From NCBI GenBank assembly GCA_002633005.1, contig NMRA01000019.1, positions 444,710-508,709 on the forward strand: a stretch of DNA of 64,000 nt. The letters are read 5' to 3'. The stretch is from Phoronis australis (lineage: Eukaryota; Animalia; Phoronida). The notes under the pieces were generated by a model, which was given only the letters and a program-made list of their open reading frames with translations, was not told where the DNA came from and ran no database searches. A program made the translations under genes and the position numbers. Shown here one piece after another: positions 1 to 14,022 of this stretch. Every line of letters begins with the position of its first letter. The stretch's first letter is position 1.

Positions 1-2659
1 ATAAAAACTGTCCAGTTTCAACTGTTCATATTTTTCCTTGAATGAAAGCTATTGATTTATTATTCACTTGGCATTGTTTAGTGGTGCCTATAGATTGTTA
101 CGCAGATGTCTTGAAACACGATTCCGATTTACCGCCCTCATTTAGTAGTTTTACTACACTGCCCCCCGTTATGCCATTTTGAGGTTGTGTTCAGTACACT
201 GCTGTACCAAATCTGCCCCCACTGTTATGAGAATGAAACTTAGCCAAAATGTTGACAAAACATGTTACTTTCATTTCATAAAATAAAAACTTTGTCAGCC
301 AGTTTATTAGTTATATATTTTGGCACCTCAAATGTACTAAAATGAGAAATTTTCATATATCTGAGATCGATGCGTGAGCACCGTAAAATCCGATTGTCCT
401 TCATGTTTTTCGATATTTTGCAACAAGTTAGTTCCTCCTGAATGTTTTGAACGTTTTACTACTGATCACTTAGGGCTATAGTACCCCTAAATACCATACA
501 TGGCTCCATTTTGTAAAAAGCCGATTATGTCCTCCACAGTGAACAGGGTTAGACATGAACTCGACAAATGTAGGTTATTTTGATTTACAGTTGTTTTACT
601 TTGCAATTTCCTCATGGGTATTTCTTCACACATACTCAAGTCAGATTTTCTGTTGATCAAGTGTTCATGCAATGCATTGTAATATCAAATGAAGGATAAG
701 TTTGGTTGCATGACCGCAATTTTTCCCACGACTTAAAACAAAAGACCGCAGAAATTTTCCTGACGAAATACCGGGTTTGCAGTTCTGTAAAAACATTCGA
801 ATGACAAGACAAACTCCACCACTGTCCATGGCAACTCGTCGCATGTTTTTCGCCCATCGGTCCTATCATTGTTTTCCTTTGTTGTGTCATTGTTGGATGT
901 AACAACACAGGTCGCATGGATATAGAACCTTGCGTACATCAGACCGTTGCCGATAAGTGCTCGTCATTATATCTTTATTATAACAACGGAAACAATGAAG
1001 ATGCTAATCTATTGTTCTCTATGCGACCAGGTTTCCCGTGGATGACCACAGAAGAGGAATCCCAAACTATCCACAAACAATGACCACGCACCTTAGTAAC
1101 TATTACCGCGCACACGAATCCTTTCCGTAGAACCTAAACACCAAATTTTTATATCCGTGTATTGTGTTGTATTGCTCATGGTAGGGGTTCAGACTATGTT
1201 GTATTAAGATTCCAATCCCCAACCCCCTAATATGTAGTTTGAGTAAAATTTCTAGACAATGCGGTTTTATAGATTTATTCTCCTTCAAATGAAGAGTAAA
1301 AATCAAATTCTGCACAGGTTTTTTAAAAGTAATCACTTATTGGAAGATCACACATCTAAAAAATAAACAATGTTTGACAATTTTGTTCATTATCTTATTT
1401 GAAAATTGCCTACCTCACAGACAACTCATCTAAGCTGAAAATATTCCTTGTGAAAAAATATAAAATACCAACCAGAGACTTGTGTACTACAAAATATGTT
1501 TTCGTAATACAATGCAAAGATAACTGTACAGTCAAAAGTGCAAATGTTATCACTCTAATAAAAAGTTGCCTTCTAGATCTTTTCAACACTCTAATTGCTA
1601 CAGGACAGAGTCAACCACACAAAGCTCATAAAGTCAGGGAATTACATTTAAGGTGACGTAGTCTCACTGCGAAAAAGTAATTTCGCAATATCGCTGACAA
1701 CACTGGAAATCTCTTCTTCACAAACTTGAGGTAGCTGTATTTACCACACCAATGTTCTTATCAAAACTAACCACCACAATATGAAAAATTGGCTTGTCGG
1801 TTCCAGTTAGGCAGCATTTTACAATAAAATGGTCATGAAAAAATACTTTTGCAACATGGTTTGCATTACAATTGCCCTACGATTACAGTTGTACATACAT
1901 ACTAGACCAGCAACAAAATTACCCATGGGAACCATAAAATGGTCAATTCGCCAAAAAACAAGAAGCCACCAGAGCTAATGTGCCAATACTTTTCAGTACT
2001 GCAACAAAAAATCATTTGAAGTGGACATAAACTCGCCTAAAATCACATAAAACAACTTTTAATTTAGATATTTTACCATCACAAAATAGGTATTACTTCC
2101 AGGTCACTTTTGAGCAATTTCAGAACTTTGAAAGATCTGGCAATATGCAATTGCTAAAGACCAGACTAATAGTGTGCGATTTTATACACACAGCATGGTC
2201 TCAAGGAATAGCAAACTGTCAATTCGCTACAATTCCAGAAATCACTTCCCATCTGGATAAGGAACAAACTGAGCAAAGTTTATAGAGGTAAATGGTCTAA
2301 ATCAAAACTTATTACCTCCTGGACAGAATATGGGTTTATAACCCAGGCAGAAAGATAAGTTAACAAAACCAGCCTAACTGCAACAGGGTCTCAAATTTCA
2401 GTAATATATACCCATTTACAAACAAAAATCTATAATGGTAAATAAAATGCGGAAACATAAATTCAGATCAATTACACATCTTCAAGGAAAAGGAATAGTA
2501 CAGTGGTCAGAAATCATCTAAATGTGATGGCCACACTGAGAAATCCTGTCAGACCAAAAAATCCAGTGGCTAAACAAAATGAACAATGTACCATTACCAT
2601 GTGGCCCAGGATCATAATCCGTGCCTGGACAAAAATTCAGTCTTAGACTAGGTAAATTT

Positions 2660-4082
2660 TAGATTTGTGCTGTTCACACAAGCAGTTCTGGTGCAAACAA
2701 AGCTTGCGACAACACACAAGCCTACTTCCCTACACAGCTGTGCTGATACAATAATGCCCCCACTGGATTTAGCAGATCTGCCAGAGTATTTACAGGTCCA
2801 GCCACTGTACTGTTTCCTCCCTTTGAATTTTTACAATGCTACATCCTTGACAATCGCAGATTGCCTCTTTCTATGCATACTCCACTTCCTCTGTCCCAGT
2901 TTCCCCACATTTGCTGAAAGTGGCCTATCTCAACAAATTACTTTGGACCTGTTGTGGTATAAGCCAGTAATCTTTGGCAAGTACTTTTTCCCCAACTCGT
3001 TCCTCAAGCTACAAATTCTCTTTGACATATCTTCTGGGAGTAGACTTTTCAGCCTCTCTCTAGCCCCCTCACTTAGTTGTCCAGAAGGGTACCTTCTTGC
3101 TGGTTGTGAACTTTTCCATACCCAACCTTTACTAATAATCAGCAAGTCTCCAACTTCAGCAGAAGCCACTTCTTCAGCATAAGCCTTTCCTGATTCCTAA
3201 AATTGTATTAATGAAAAAATTAAACATATTAAATTTAATGTGGCCATTTCGGCTCAGAAAATATGAATACCAAGCTAAAGTGAAGGCACCAATATTTTTG
3301 ACGGCTTTAGCATGTTTAATTAACTTCATAATCGCAGAAATTCATTGGCAGACATAACATACTCCCTAGTCTCTAAAAGTAGTTCATGGGCAGAAGTCAT
3401 GTTACACATTTGGTGGTTGTTATGAAAAGTTATGATGACTACCTATTTTCTATGCCAATGTATACATGTAGTTGCATAAACATCAACACATTTGAATAAG
3501 ATATGATTAAGCAATAAGGCCCAAGTTATAAGCAATCACGGTGTGACAATAAAAGTATTTTTGCATGAATGACGTGCTTCTAAAAATATTCCTCAGGGTC
3601 AGACCCTGGAGTTTAGTGATTCCTACCTGAGCTCACACGAAGCAGGACGTTGTCGTTGAACCTTGACTTAACGTCTTTGGTCATTTTTCAGACCTCTATC
3701 AGGCTCTATCAGATTTCTCCTCTAGTGTGCAGTGGATGTTCTCAGTGTCTTTGGCGACAGCAATATATCTCGAGTGTTGTAACGATGATTCGGGCAAGTG
3801 AATCTAATAAGGTAGATTATGTAGCTCCTGCTCCACACCTGCCTCCGAGGCAGACACTGAGACAGACTACTTCTCAGGACTCAGGAGGACACGTTCCACC
3901 TCCACATCAGCTCCACGTACTCTTATAAGGTGCTCAAATGTCTCGCTCTATACCTTGTGCATTTCCCAAGAGTTTCCAAAGTTGTTTCTCTCCGCAATTT
4001 GTAGAAATACCACATTCGATGCGACTGGCAGTGCCAGATAAATAGATAAATTCGCAAACCCGCACTTTAGGTCAGCCATCAT
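2660..4082 (-). pseudogene. Decayed two-exon gene (exon 4082-3627, exon 3196-~2660), Cys-rich, probably transposon-derived
   Basis: ATGATGGCTGAC at 4082 begins a 152-codon frame ending at a CAG|GTAGG donor (phase 0). A TTTTAG|GAA acceptor at 3196 continues in phase (ESGKAYAEEV...ICSLRNELGKKY). Several in-frame stops and downstream frameshifts. Left end approximate. Confidence 0.4.
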
Positions 4083-6773
4083 TCAACTAACGCATTGTAA
4101 GCTTTAGTTTGGTATTCAGACGAGTTGGATGAACAAATTTAGTATAATTTCATATTTTAGTGGGAAATGCTAGTGTCTTTAAAATTAATTAAAAACATTT
4201 AAGCAAACCAATTCTTTTAATTGTTGTATTATACCACGGCATATTAATGCGTAGAAACGGCGCACAACTAGTGACTGGTTTAACATGACAAATACACATA
4301 CGCGGTCTGAAAATAGTGAAATTCAGACACCTATTACCAAGCCTGCCTGAAGGGCTGACAAAGTTTTTATTGTATTAATTTCAAGGGCATGGAGTCTTCT
4401 ACATGTCCATGTTATTATTTTTAGTTTTCTCGCGGGGGCAGCTTCGCTATAAGGGTACAACTTACTGCTGGTTTTTCACAAGAAGGAAAGGTACCTCCAC
4501 GGAAACAGTTCCAGTGTTACCATGGTAACAGATATTGCAGTGTCGGTGCCGTTTTTACTGACATTGGTCATGAACCTATCGTGTGATATCAAAATTGTTC
4601 AGAAACGATTCTGTTTGAAGCAGAAACTGGAGTAGAAAATTTGGTCAAAAATGACTCATTCCACAACAAGAAATTGCCTCATTTTGCCCCCAAGAACACT
4701 TCCCTTGTATCTCCTAAACCACCAAACTTTGTGGGGTCATACTTCACCCAATTTCTCTCATCCCTAATGTGATTTATCAGACTAAACATGGATCTGAATG
4801 GCTGACCCCCCACCTTGCCGCTTGTTGGCTGTACAGTGGTCGGTGGATCCGTGGACTGATACTTAAGAAAAAAAATTACCAAAATTGGTCTCTTCGGCAT
4901 TATTCATAGGGTTCGTTTTATGAATGCTCGCAATTTGTCAAAATCACTGTCTCGTGGCACTGCCATGGTATAGATCTTCTTATGATACAGCAAATATTTC
5001 ATGCTACTAATCTTTTACAAAAAAACGAAGATATTTAATTTTACTATTTCACTTGTCTGGTCGGCCATAGTGCATCCTAAATTGTTACGATTTTAGTTAT
5101 TTTTTCTTTTTCATATATTTATCATCATTGATAAACAAGATTTTACCGTTTGGTAGTTAGTGTAATGACCTCGTATGCTACACGTAAAATGCAGACCACT
5201 GTGAAGAATATCCAGGAAATAGGACTTAAGCAGACATATTGGTACTAAGATGGCTGGAATACAACTCAAAAGCGCTGCACTAATTCCAAAGATAATGGTC
5301 ATTAACTAAAGATTCCTGCAAAAAGCCAACATGCTCATTACTTGAAACCATATTTCCTCAGAATTGAGCTGCCAAAAGCCGGAAAAAAAGGAATTAAGTC
5401 ACTGAACATCATAAAATAATGTTGATTATATTCCCTTCATTACCAACGAGAACATGGAAACCATCAGCAACTCGAGAAGAGGTTTCCAGTTTATTGCAAA
5501 TTCAAAAATGGTGTATGTAGGCATTGTATGTGGCTTGAGTTGCTGTCTCATTTGGCAAGAATTCAGAATTTGACAAATGTTTTTAAACTCCAAAGCTCTT
5601 GGGTAAAAAATTCAACAGCGGAGGGGAAACAGGTGTGAATGCCCGAGTGCTTGAATGCCTGTTAAACTAATAGCTCTATGGTTGAGTGGTAACCGGATTA
5701 CTGGCCTGTGATAAAATTAATCACATAATCGAGCTGTTATACCTTAATTCAGTGTAAAGATTTCCAATTTGAAATTGGAGGCCATTATCAAAGTCTTTTT
5801 AATTCATAGAGAAAAGTAAAAGCAAAACCTTGGATGGTTTGACCCCAGTTTCATAGGTGGCGCTACATCTGATTTCCTATTGAAAATCAACATTGAATTT
5901 TTCTCACCAATTGGGATTTGAAAAGTCTGTTGCCACAAATATTGGACTTTTATGACGAGCTTCTTTTATTGGGGGCTTGAAATGACCAATTGCAAAAAGA
6001 GGAAAATTTTCCAGGTGATGCATCGTTCCACAAATACTAGGCTTGTGTGATGAAAATATTCGTTGTGTTGTAAAATTTAACTGAAATAAAGGTTAAATTG
6101 CATGAATGAAGTCAAAATAATGACACAAAAGAAACAAAGTGGAAACTGGAAAAAATAGAGGAAATTGAAACCAAAAAATAAAATCCTCATAAAAGAGGAA
6201 AATTCCAAGCCTTGACTGAGTTTCAAAGATGGATGCCAGTGATAGTGTTGTCTAGAGTTTAACAAAAAGTACACGCAATACAGGCAACATTTGGTACTAC
6301 TGTCTTGATTTCATCATCAAAAGATCCTTTTCAGTATTGGAGTTACAAAAATCAAAGAAGGTAATACATGTATAATTGGAATGTTATTGAGCGCCGTTTA
6401 ATATATTCCTCTCAGCAGAAAACTAATTAGCTTGTCTAGATGAACTCTGAGCACAGAACAAGATTTAGTGACCCTGATGCTGGGCGTTTGCTGTGCCATG
6501 AAAAATGAGATTCAAAAAGCTTGCACTGAAATTTACCAGCAATACGCATAGTATATTTAACAAAGCAATGAAGATGTTATAGACTATTAATCCAAATTAA
6601 TAGTTGCGCACAATGCTAATAATGCAACAGCTATCTGGTAATTCCATATTTGACAGAGCGATTCTGTCAGTTGTACTTAATTTGGAGAGAAACGCCAAAA
6701 TACAGCTCCTCCAATATCCACTTTGTACTGAGCCAGAGGATCAATCGCACCCCTTCCACTTTCACCAACGTAC

Positions 6774-6953
6774 CTTATCTTGTCAATGAACTTGCTGCTC
6801 TTATCGCTGTAGCGGAGCGTATCTGGGTCCCATTGCAGCTCCAACCGCTGTAGACGAGAACAGTGGGTTGCAAAGCTTTCCATAATCTGATCAATGTGAA
6901 TCTTGGACTGCAGCTTGAGGAACCAGCCATCTGCAGTGCCCAGAGAACAGATT
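6774..6953 (-). CDS. FipoQ: F-box/LRR protein (FipoQ-like) exon 8; gene continues left
   Basis: CCTTCCAG|A acceptor, AG|GTACG donor, phase 2-2. Encodes ICSLGTADGWFLKLQSKIHIDQIMESFATHCSRLQRLELQWDPDTLRYSDKSSKFIDKI, matching the recalled FipoQ motif LERLELRWDPDNLRFSDKS. Confidence 0.9.
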
Positions 6954-7027
6954 CTGGAAGGAATCCAAATATATTTACAGTGAATGAATCATTATTCGAT
7001 AATCTTGGCAAATGTCACTTTCCCAGC

Positions 7028-7285
7028 AACAAAGAGGAAAACTGGTTCAAACATGGCGTGAAAGAGGTAGTGTTTGACAGATTAGACCAGCCTTCTCTCA
7101 ACAGATGCCGAGGACTGCAGATCATGCTGTCGTCAATCTGGAATCACACGATTCAAGATCTCCTGTGAAATCTGCCATGTGATCAGTCACATGACATGCC
7201 CTGCTCCAGCCAGTCACTGTACCATGACTGCTGAAGCCCATGAGAGATGGGCGCTATGTCGCTTCAATCCAGCGAGTCCAGTAAT
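7028..7285 (+). mobile_element. 3' remnant of Penelope-like element (Poseidon-type GIY-YIG C-terminus) plus degenerate hammerhead motif
   Basis: KEENWFKHGVKEVVFDRLDQPSLNRCRGLQIMLSSIWN resembles the PLE endonuclease tail (ExxWFxRGVKEAIY..PSLNRGGGL). It is followed at 7228-7260 by CTGCTGA-A-GCCCAT-gagag-ATGGGC-GCTA-TGTC. Confidence 0.7.
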
Positions 7286-9753
7286 TGTTTTATTTTCATT
7301 CATAATCCTCTGAATATAGGTAGACACCTCACCTACAACCAGCTCATAACGTTTCAGTAATTCCTTTGAATTAGATTATTTGATCAATTAACGTCTGTCC
7401 AAACAAATTTTTATTAAATCTTGAGATGAGTTGTTAAATTTGTTAAAGACTGTTAAACAGATGACATTGAAAACCCTTCAGTATATTCGTGCCCCATCAA
7501 GTTACCTCAAATAACAAACATAATGGTCATTTTTCAAATGCTCACCATATTCCTAAAAATTTCAAAATTTCATGGTGAGTTTATTGTTGACAGCCGTACT
7601 ACTGTTTATAAAGTTTTCAAATAATCAATTAAAATTGTCCTCTTGTTTATGCTTGTTGAAAATTAAATGTTCATCAAATAATATTTTACCGTTCTAATTT
7701 GAAGAAACTTTACATAAGTTGGACGAAGAGAACATTGGAGAGTTTCGAACTACCAAGAAGGAACTTTTTGCGGTTCATGAAGTATAAGGCATTCCAATCT
7801 TTTAATTGAATTTATTAAGAAAGTCGCCTTTTCATAGCAAAACTCAATATTATGAAAAAATCTGCCATGACTGTGGCACATGCTGTATGTACATTTTTTA
7901 TGGAAGAAACCCTTGGAGGAGACAGGCACCTAAATCTGGATACACCCACATTGGCTGCATAACATATAGCATGTGGTATATGTCAGTCAAAAAATTCTAT
8001 AACCACTTAAGGTGAAATCTCACCAATTTCAGTAAAAAAGACTTCTAAAATTGCTATTTTATCATTTTTCAAAAGCTTCTCACATTATTGTTAACGACCA
8101 CTAACTTTTTAAAACAATGGGAGACTTTCAGAAAGCAATGAAAGTTGATCATGAGGGATCGGTAACTCACATCGCCACCTAGCTTAACAAGCAGAAGTTG
8201 TCTTCACAGCGGGTGATATAGGGTACCATGATTTGACTTTGTAAAAACATCCTTTTACCTTTTACAGTGTATGTGATTCAACAGAATGTGTTTTAAAAAA
8301 GTTAAAAAATGCCTCCTCGTCCTCTAGAGGCGACTGGTATCCAGTCCCAAGTGGCCAGTCACCAAATAGTTGCTATTTGAAAGACTCCCGTGATTTCTGA
8401 TACTGTATCTGAGGTACAGAAGTTGAACAAAGGAAAAGCATTAATTTGGTGCTTAATATCCTTAGTGGAAAAAACGAGACAACAAAACTTGATTATCAGC
8501 AATACTGCACCTTAAATCACAGATTTTACGAAACCAAGTTTCATGAAATGAGCTTCAAACACAAAATCATGACACATCACAGTAAATTTACTCAAAATCA
8601 AGCAAAGCCATTTAAATCCACGTTTCTCCATTAAGCAGGCAAAAAATGAAAATAATGTTATATTATTCTCATAAAACAAGTCTCATAAATAAAATAGGAT
8701 TCTAATTGTCTGTTACCAACAAGACGAACATTTGAAACCATCAGCCACTCCACAAAATGACTCAGAGTTTATCGGGGTAACTGTGCTTTGTGCAGTTTTC
8801 TCCAGAACTTATTGCTTTTTGAGTGCCCCGTCTTTATATGAGGGTCTATGTAAACAAAACTTATAAGTTTCTGAAGTTGCATACAACTTAAGGAGAACAA
8901 AATGATATCTTAGGAAACTGTTACAGTAGTTTTTGAGATCTCATCTTAAACATATCAATAAAATTTGATCATGATATTGATGCTGTAATGTTTTGATATC
9001 AATGTAGCTTTCTTTTTTACCAAATTTCATGAAAATTTTTTCACATGACTCAATTAATGGCAGATGGTAAAAGTAAAAAATCAAATTGTACATGCTTTCT
9101 ACTTTCAGAGAATAATTACTTTTACTGAGTTATTGGTTAAATACACAGACATATCAATAAAATCTTAAAAAATCTTAAGAATTCAACATTGACAGGTAAA
9201 CAGTAGTGAAATTCCCCTTTCACTGAGAAGATCTCATAAATTACAAAATTTGAAAAATGGTAATAAGTTTTTTTCTAATAACTCGTGCTTGTCATTTGTG
9301 ATCACTGTCTTTCAATTGCTTATATAAACACCCACAGTGACGTGACAACCACTGCAAAGTTACTCATAAATACAGTGACGTTCAGAACCCTTTCGTTATT
9401 AGCGTGTAGTTCTCGGGAGGTTGGGGAGACTTAGCCAATAAGAAAGCTGACCTATTGAGAAAACAGAGTAATTTGCTCTCTCTCACAGTAAAGGACTGAG
9501 ATAAGCTCTGCTCCTCAGTCATAACATGGGACTGTGAAAATTGACTGCAAGGAAATACTTATCTTTTCAAATGTGAATGGGGAATATGAGTGATGACTGA
9601 TGACTATTTCTCAACCAATATCATATAGCCGTCATGGATTTTTTCTAAGACTCCGGTCGATGCTTAAGCTATCATCACATTCAGGACATGATAGTGCATA
9701 ATGAAGTGGACTGATTGTTGATTCACAGGAAGCTTTGTTGTACAGGAAACACA

Positions 9754-10397
9754 ATGATGAACAACTCTTTGGACACAAATGATGCAACAAGTCTGCTATC
9801 CACCTCACAGGTGATAGATGTGGAATTGGAAGATGCGACGTCAATAGGTGCAAATTCAAGTAATGTGACTAGTCCAACATGGAGTTCAGAGACAATAGGT
9901 GTACATATCATGCTGGGCATCTTTGTTGTGGTTGGTGTCATTGGAAACATACTTATACTGACAGTTTATACAAAGAAAAGAGACAACCTGACAGTGACAG
10001 TGTTTATAAATGCATTGGCATTTATCGACTTATTGACCTGCGGAGTAACAATTCCCTGTTTGTTTTTCGAGATGTACATGGCCACCTTATATGACAGTAT
10101 AGGACAGGGCTACGACATATTCTGCAAGATTGAATACTTCCTTAATTCAGTGGGACCAATGGCATCCACTTTTATAATGACGGCCATATCTATTGACAGA
10201 TATCTGTTTGTGTGCCACCCATTCTTTCACATGAAGTGGTTTTGGAAAAGGAGAGCCAAGATTATCATCCTTATTCTGATGTTTATTTCCTGTTTCTTTG
10301 GCAGTATTGTATCCATCCTATATAACTATAACTCATCGACGCATGAATGTGAGATAAAAAATGGTGATGATTACAGAATGTTTGCAACATTCTACAC
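9754..10397 (+). CDS. Class A (rhodopsin-like) peptide-receptor-like GPCR, exon 1 (TM1-TM4, ECL2)
   Basis: N-terminal NxS/T sites, TM1 GN, TM2 LAFIDL, FCK at TM3 start, ISIDRY..VCHP. Donor AC|GTGAGT at 10398 (phase 2). A possible 5'UTR acceptor TACAG ends at 9745. Confidence 0.93.
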
Positions 10398-11452
10398 GTG
10401 AGTAATTTTTCTAAAGAATTTATAATAATTTTGAATTTTTCCTAAGAGGCAACCTGACCCCCAGAGTACTTCGTATATTGAATAAATTAATTAAGTGATC
10501 TCAAAAAGCAAATAATCGAAACAAAATTGTCTGTTGGTTCACAGATGAAACACATTTAGAATTTTTTATTTACTGAATGCTTCATGATCTAAATTAAATT
10601 ACTGGTATATCAAATTAAGTTTTTAATTTTCAACAAAATATTCCTTGTTAAACGATTCAGTCCAAAACCTTTCAATGACTAGATTTTGTAATTTTATCAA
10701 AAATGCAGGAAATCAAAGACATTAAGAAAATGAATTTGTATAACACCATGAAAAAATAGCATTCTGGAATGTTTTTGAGAATTGGTATTGTGATGCATTT
10801 TTCAAAAGTCACCTAATGTGAGCTGAAAAGGTGTGGAATTTTTATTCCCAGCATCAGCAGTGAACTTACCTTTGTTATCAGAAACCCACTGCTGTATTTA
10901 GTCCTGTTTAAATGGCTAAAAAGTGAAAATCGAATATTGAATTTGACCTTCTACTTTCATGCAATCATATTTTAATATAATTCCAATCAATGATAGAGTT
11001 TTATTTGGGCGCATGTGTCCTTTTCCAATAAATTTTGGGTAGGGAGTGCCTCAACCCCGTTGGTATGACAAGAAATATCGTGAGACCTATTTTATCAGAG
11101 TATAACAGGCCCAAATCAATTTTCATTTTTAAGCCTGCCCAGATAAACAAGGCGAATGTTGCTTTAATCAATAAGACCATAAAACAGACAATTATCTCTG
11201 AGCTGCCATTAATATACGAGATAAGGCCTGGTAAAAACACTACCTTTAGGGAATACATTTTCATTTTGTGTAGCCTCTGAAAAAACTTTGGTGTGGATGC
11301 TTTTTTCCTCAAACAATGAGGCACACAGAAAAATGAGTCAGTCACAGTGGAACCAATGATGTCTTTGTCTCGCTTTAAAAATTAAAACTGAACATAATAA
11401 AATTCAAGTGATGATCAAAAACATGATGCTGTAACTGTTTGTTCCATTCCAG

Positions 11453-11951
11453 GTATGTGCACAACGCCACCTTCTGGTTGGCTGGACTAGTTGCCCTTAT
11501 TGTCTACTCAGTCATGTTCTGTACAGTGAAGCGGCAAGAGAAATTTCGCCAGAAATACATGGCGACGGCCATGTCAAATGTAAAGAAACTGCGTTCCAAT
11601 GACGAGACTACACTGATGGTTAGCCAGCCACATGACGAGTCTACTAATACAGCTTCATCCAAATGGCGGACGGCCTACTATAAAGTGAGACAGCAACAGC
11701 AGCCAGTCAAATCCACACATAAAGCAAATGTGAGAGCTAAGGCAACAAGTTCTAAGCTAGCATTAATGTTTTTTGTCATCTATGTGATATTCATACTCAG
11801 TTTCCTGCCTCCCTCACTCATCATCTTCAAAGTGACACCTTTCAATCTGTGCCTCTTTTTCATGTATTTAGTGAATAATATAAGTAATCCTTTTGTATAC
11901 TTCATAATGAATGACAGTTTTAGACACGACTTGGGGAAACTTTGCTTCTGA
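11453..11951 (+). CDS. Class A GPCR exon 2 (TM5-TM7, helix 8)
   Basis: TTCCAG|G acceptor restores the frame (ACG Thr). TM5, long ICL3, TM6 FILSFLP, TM7 NNISNPFVY. Total CDS 1143 nt = 380 aa. Confidence 0.93.
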
Positions 11952-14022
11952 ACAGAGAAGCTGGAAGGTAAACTGGCTACAGAGTTCGGTTTTATGACAG
12001 CAAATCAGTATACATCCGTTCCAGTGAAGAAGTTCCCTTTTTCTCTTTGTTTAAATATCAAGAGATTTGCTATTGGTTGGAAGGTGATCAGAAAATTAGG
12101 AAACCGGCCTGTTAGTGGTATCTTGTAGGTGGACAATGCTTCCCAACATACGAAAACCATTGTTGCCATCCGCCCTTGATAAAACAAAGTTGATCTAAGC
12201 TCCTGTTGTATTAGCGAATTGTCTTCACAGCAATAAAATACTGGCTGAAATAAACTGAATTGTCGTGGACAGAAACTGGTAGTTTTTTATCATGTTTGGC
12301 TTCTGAAATTGAATTCCTTATGAAAAGTTTTATGTGGTGTAGAACTCTTCTTTCGCGGAAGAAAAGTGATAAAAATTGTCTGAAACGCTGTGATGGATTT
12401 TTATTTGTCGCCAACAGTTTTGAGTCAATGCTTGTTTACATTAATGTATTGTATTCATTCAGCGTGGTCGATCATTGGTGTTTGCATCGTGACATCAGAC
12501 AAAAGACTGAGCCTGGTGATTAACAAAAGAAAGATTGATATCAGGCCTCCGAAAACGGTATCGTTTGTAAAACGGATTAAACAGGAGATAGTTGTAATGG
12601 CATACGTCACGTCTGTCATTCAACTTTTGAACATCATTACAGTAATGACACATCTGAAGGTCTCACACTTTGACATGCCCGGCAGTTCAACTCTAAAGGT
12701 TTCATCAATATCACTATAACAATGAAACACTGCTTTATAGTATGCGCAAGAATTTAAAAAATATGACGAGACCGCAGTGGGAACTGACCTAAAGACCGGA
12801 AGACCGGTCATCAAGTCGATACCAACTGGTCACACAAAAATTTGTGATCTGTGTTGTACTTTTTGGGTTTGAAATTTAGAACCAAATGGCCCTGTATCAC
12901 ATCAACTGAAAGCCCTTACACTTACACATGGGGACTTGTGTGAATGGTTTGTGAGTGGAAGAATCTAACAACTTCATGAGTGATTATTTGTTTTGTATTT
13001 GTTGTTCTTGTTAATAAACTATTTGACCGGAAATACTGTGAAAACTTCATTTCCCCAATTGATGGTGCAAGATCTACTTTTAAATAACTTTTAAATCAAA
13101 GGAGTCTTGATCAAAAAAATCTGTGACAACATGACTTAGAGATGCATAAACAATATTGTTAAAACACTATGAAATCGACTGTTGTCATTATTATATTTTG
13201 TAAATAAATATTATCACAATAACTACTATGTAAAGCCTCTAAAACAGTTCAGCCAAGTTAAAAAATCACTGATCATTTGCTTATAAATAAAATGACCAGG
13301 CTGAGACGAATTTCATAGTGGAAAGGAATCTCATTAAAATGTCAATGCTTTTGACAAGGAAAATGATGAACGTTAGTGTTTTGGGACTTTCTGAAGTTTC
13401 CTGATTTACCTAGTACATTAAAATTTAAACTTTGTCTAACATTTTTTTACAAAAAAATACAACATTCCTATACTTTTTACAAAACAACATAACAAAAAGG
13501 TGTCCCTTTAAGCTCACACAATGCTTAGAATTTTGCTGTGTCCTCCACACCCAATAAGCAATTTCAGGGAAAGTAATTCTATGTGAAACCTGCTCCTAAT
13601 AGTCATACAACTGTCCCAATTGGCCTGTGAAAGAAAATACAGCTTAACAAAGGGTTCATGGTCCTACCCCAGAAGATAAATGTTTTATTACCCATGTGGG
13701 TTTTGGAATAGTCCAGCCCTGAATCAAACTTCGAAGGGGACACACCAGTACAGGAGTGAGAGAGTTTGCCTGAAAATCAATGTCAATATCATCTTTATGC
13801 ACAATGAGTCATCAAAGCTGTAGTTACCAACACAAGAAAAATGCACAGAATATTGATGATGTGTGGTTTATATTTTGGCAACAGGTGTCACTGCTGTTCC
13901 ATATTACAACACAAAGCATGAAACCAGCACAAACTCAAACATTTTAAATACGAATAATGTTGTGGCACATCAATTATATTAAAATAATGACATTTATTTC
14001 GCTTCTAGTGTTTTTAAAAAAT

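Noticed and set aside
487-1336. Cluster of short minus-strand ORFs
   Set aside because: No recognisable domain or consistent splice structure; looks like transposon interior.
2667-3182. 171-aa plus-strand ORF
   Set aside because: Antisense shadow of the decayed minus-strand gene; no motifs.
1-6773. Final FipoQ exon (expected DG.YYE.VK.NFERADR-like peptide)
   Set aside because: No matching minus-strand peptide found. The candidate acceptor near 6252 gives an unrelated peptide, and NFERS near 2125 is on the wrong strand. The exon is probably outside the window.
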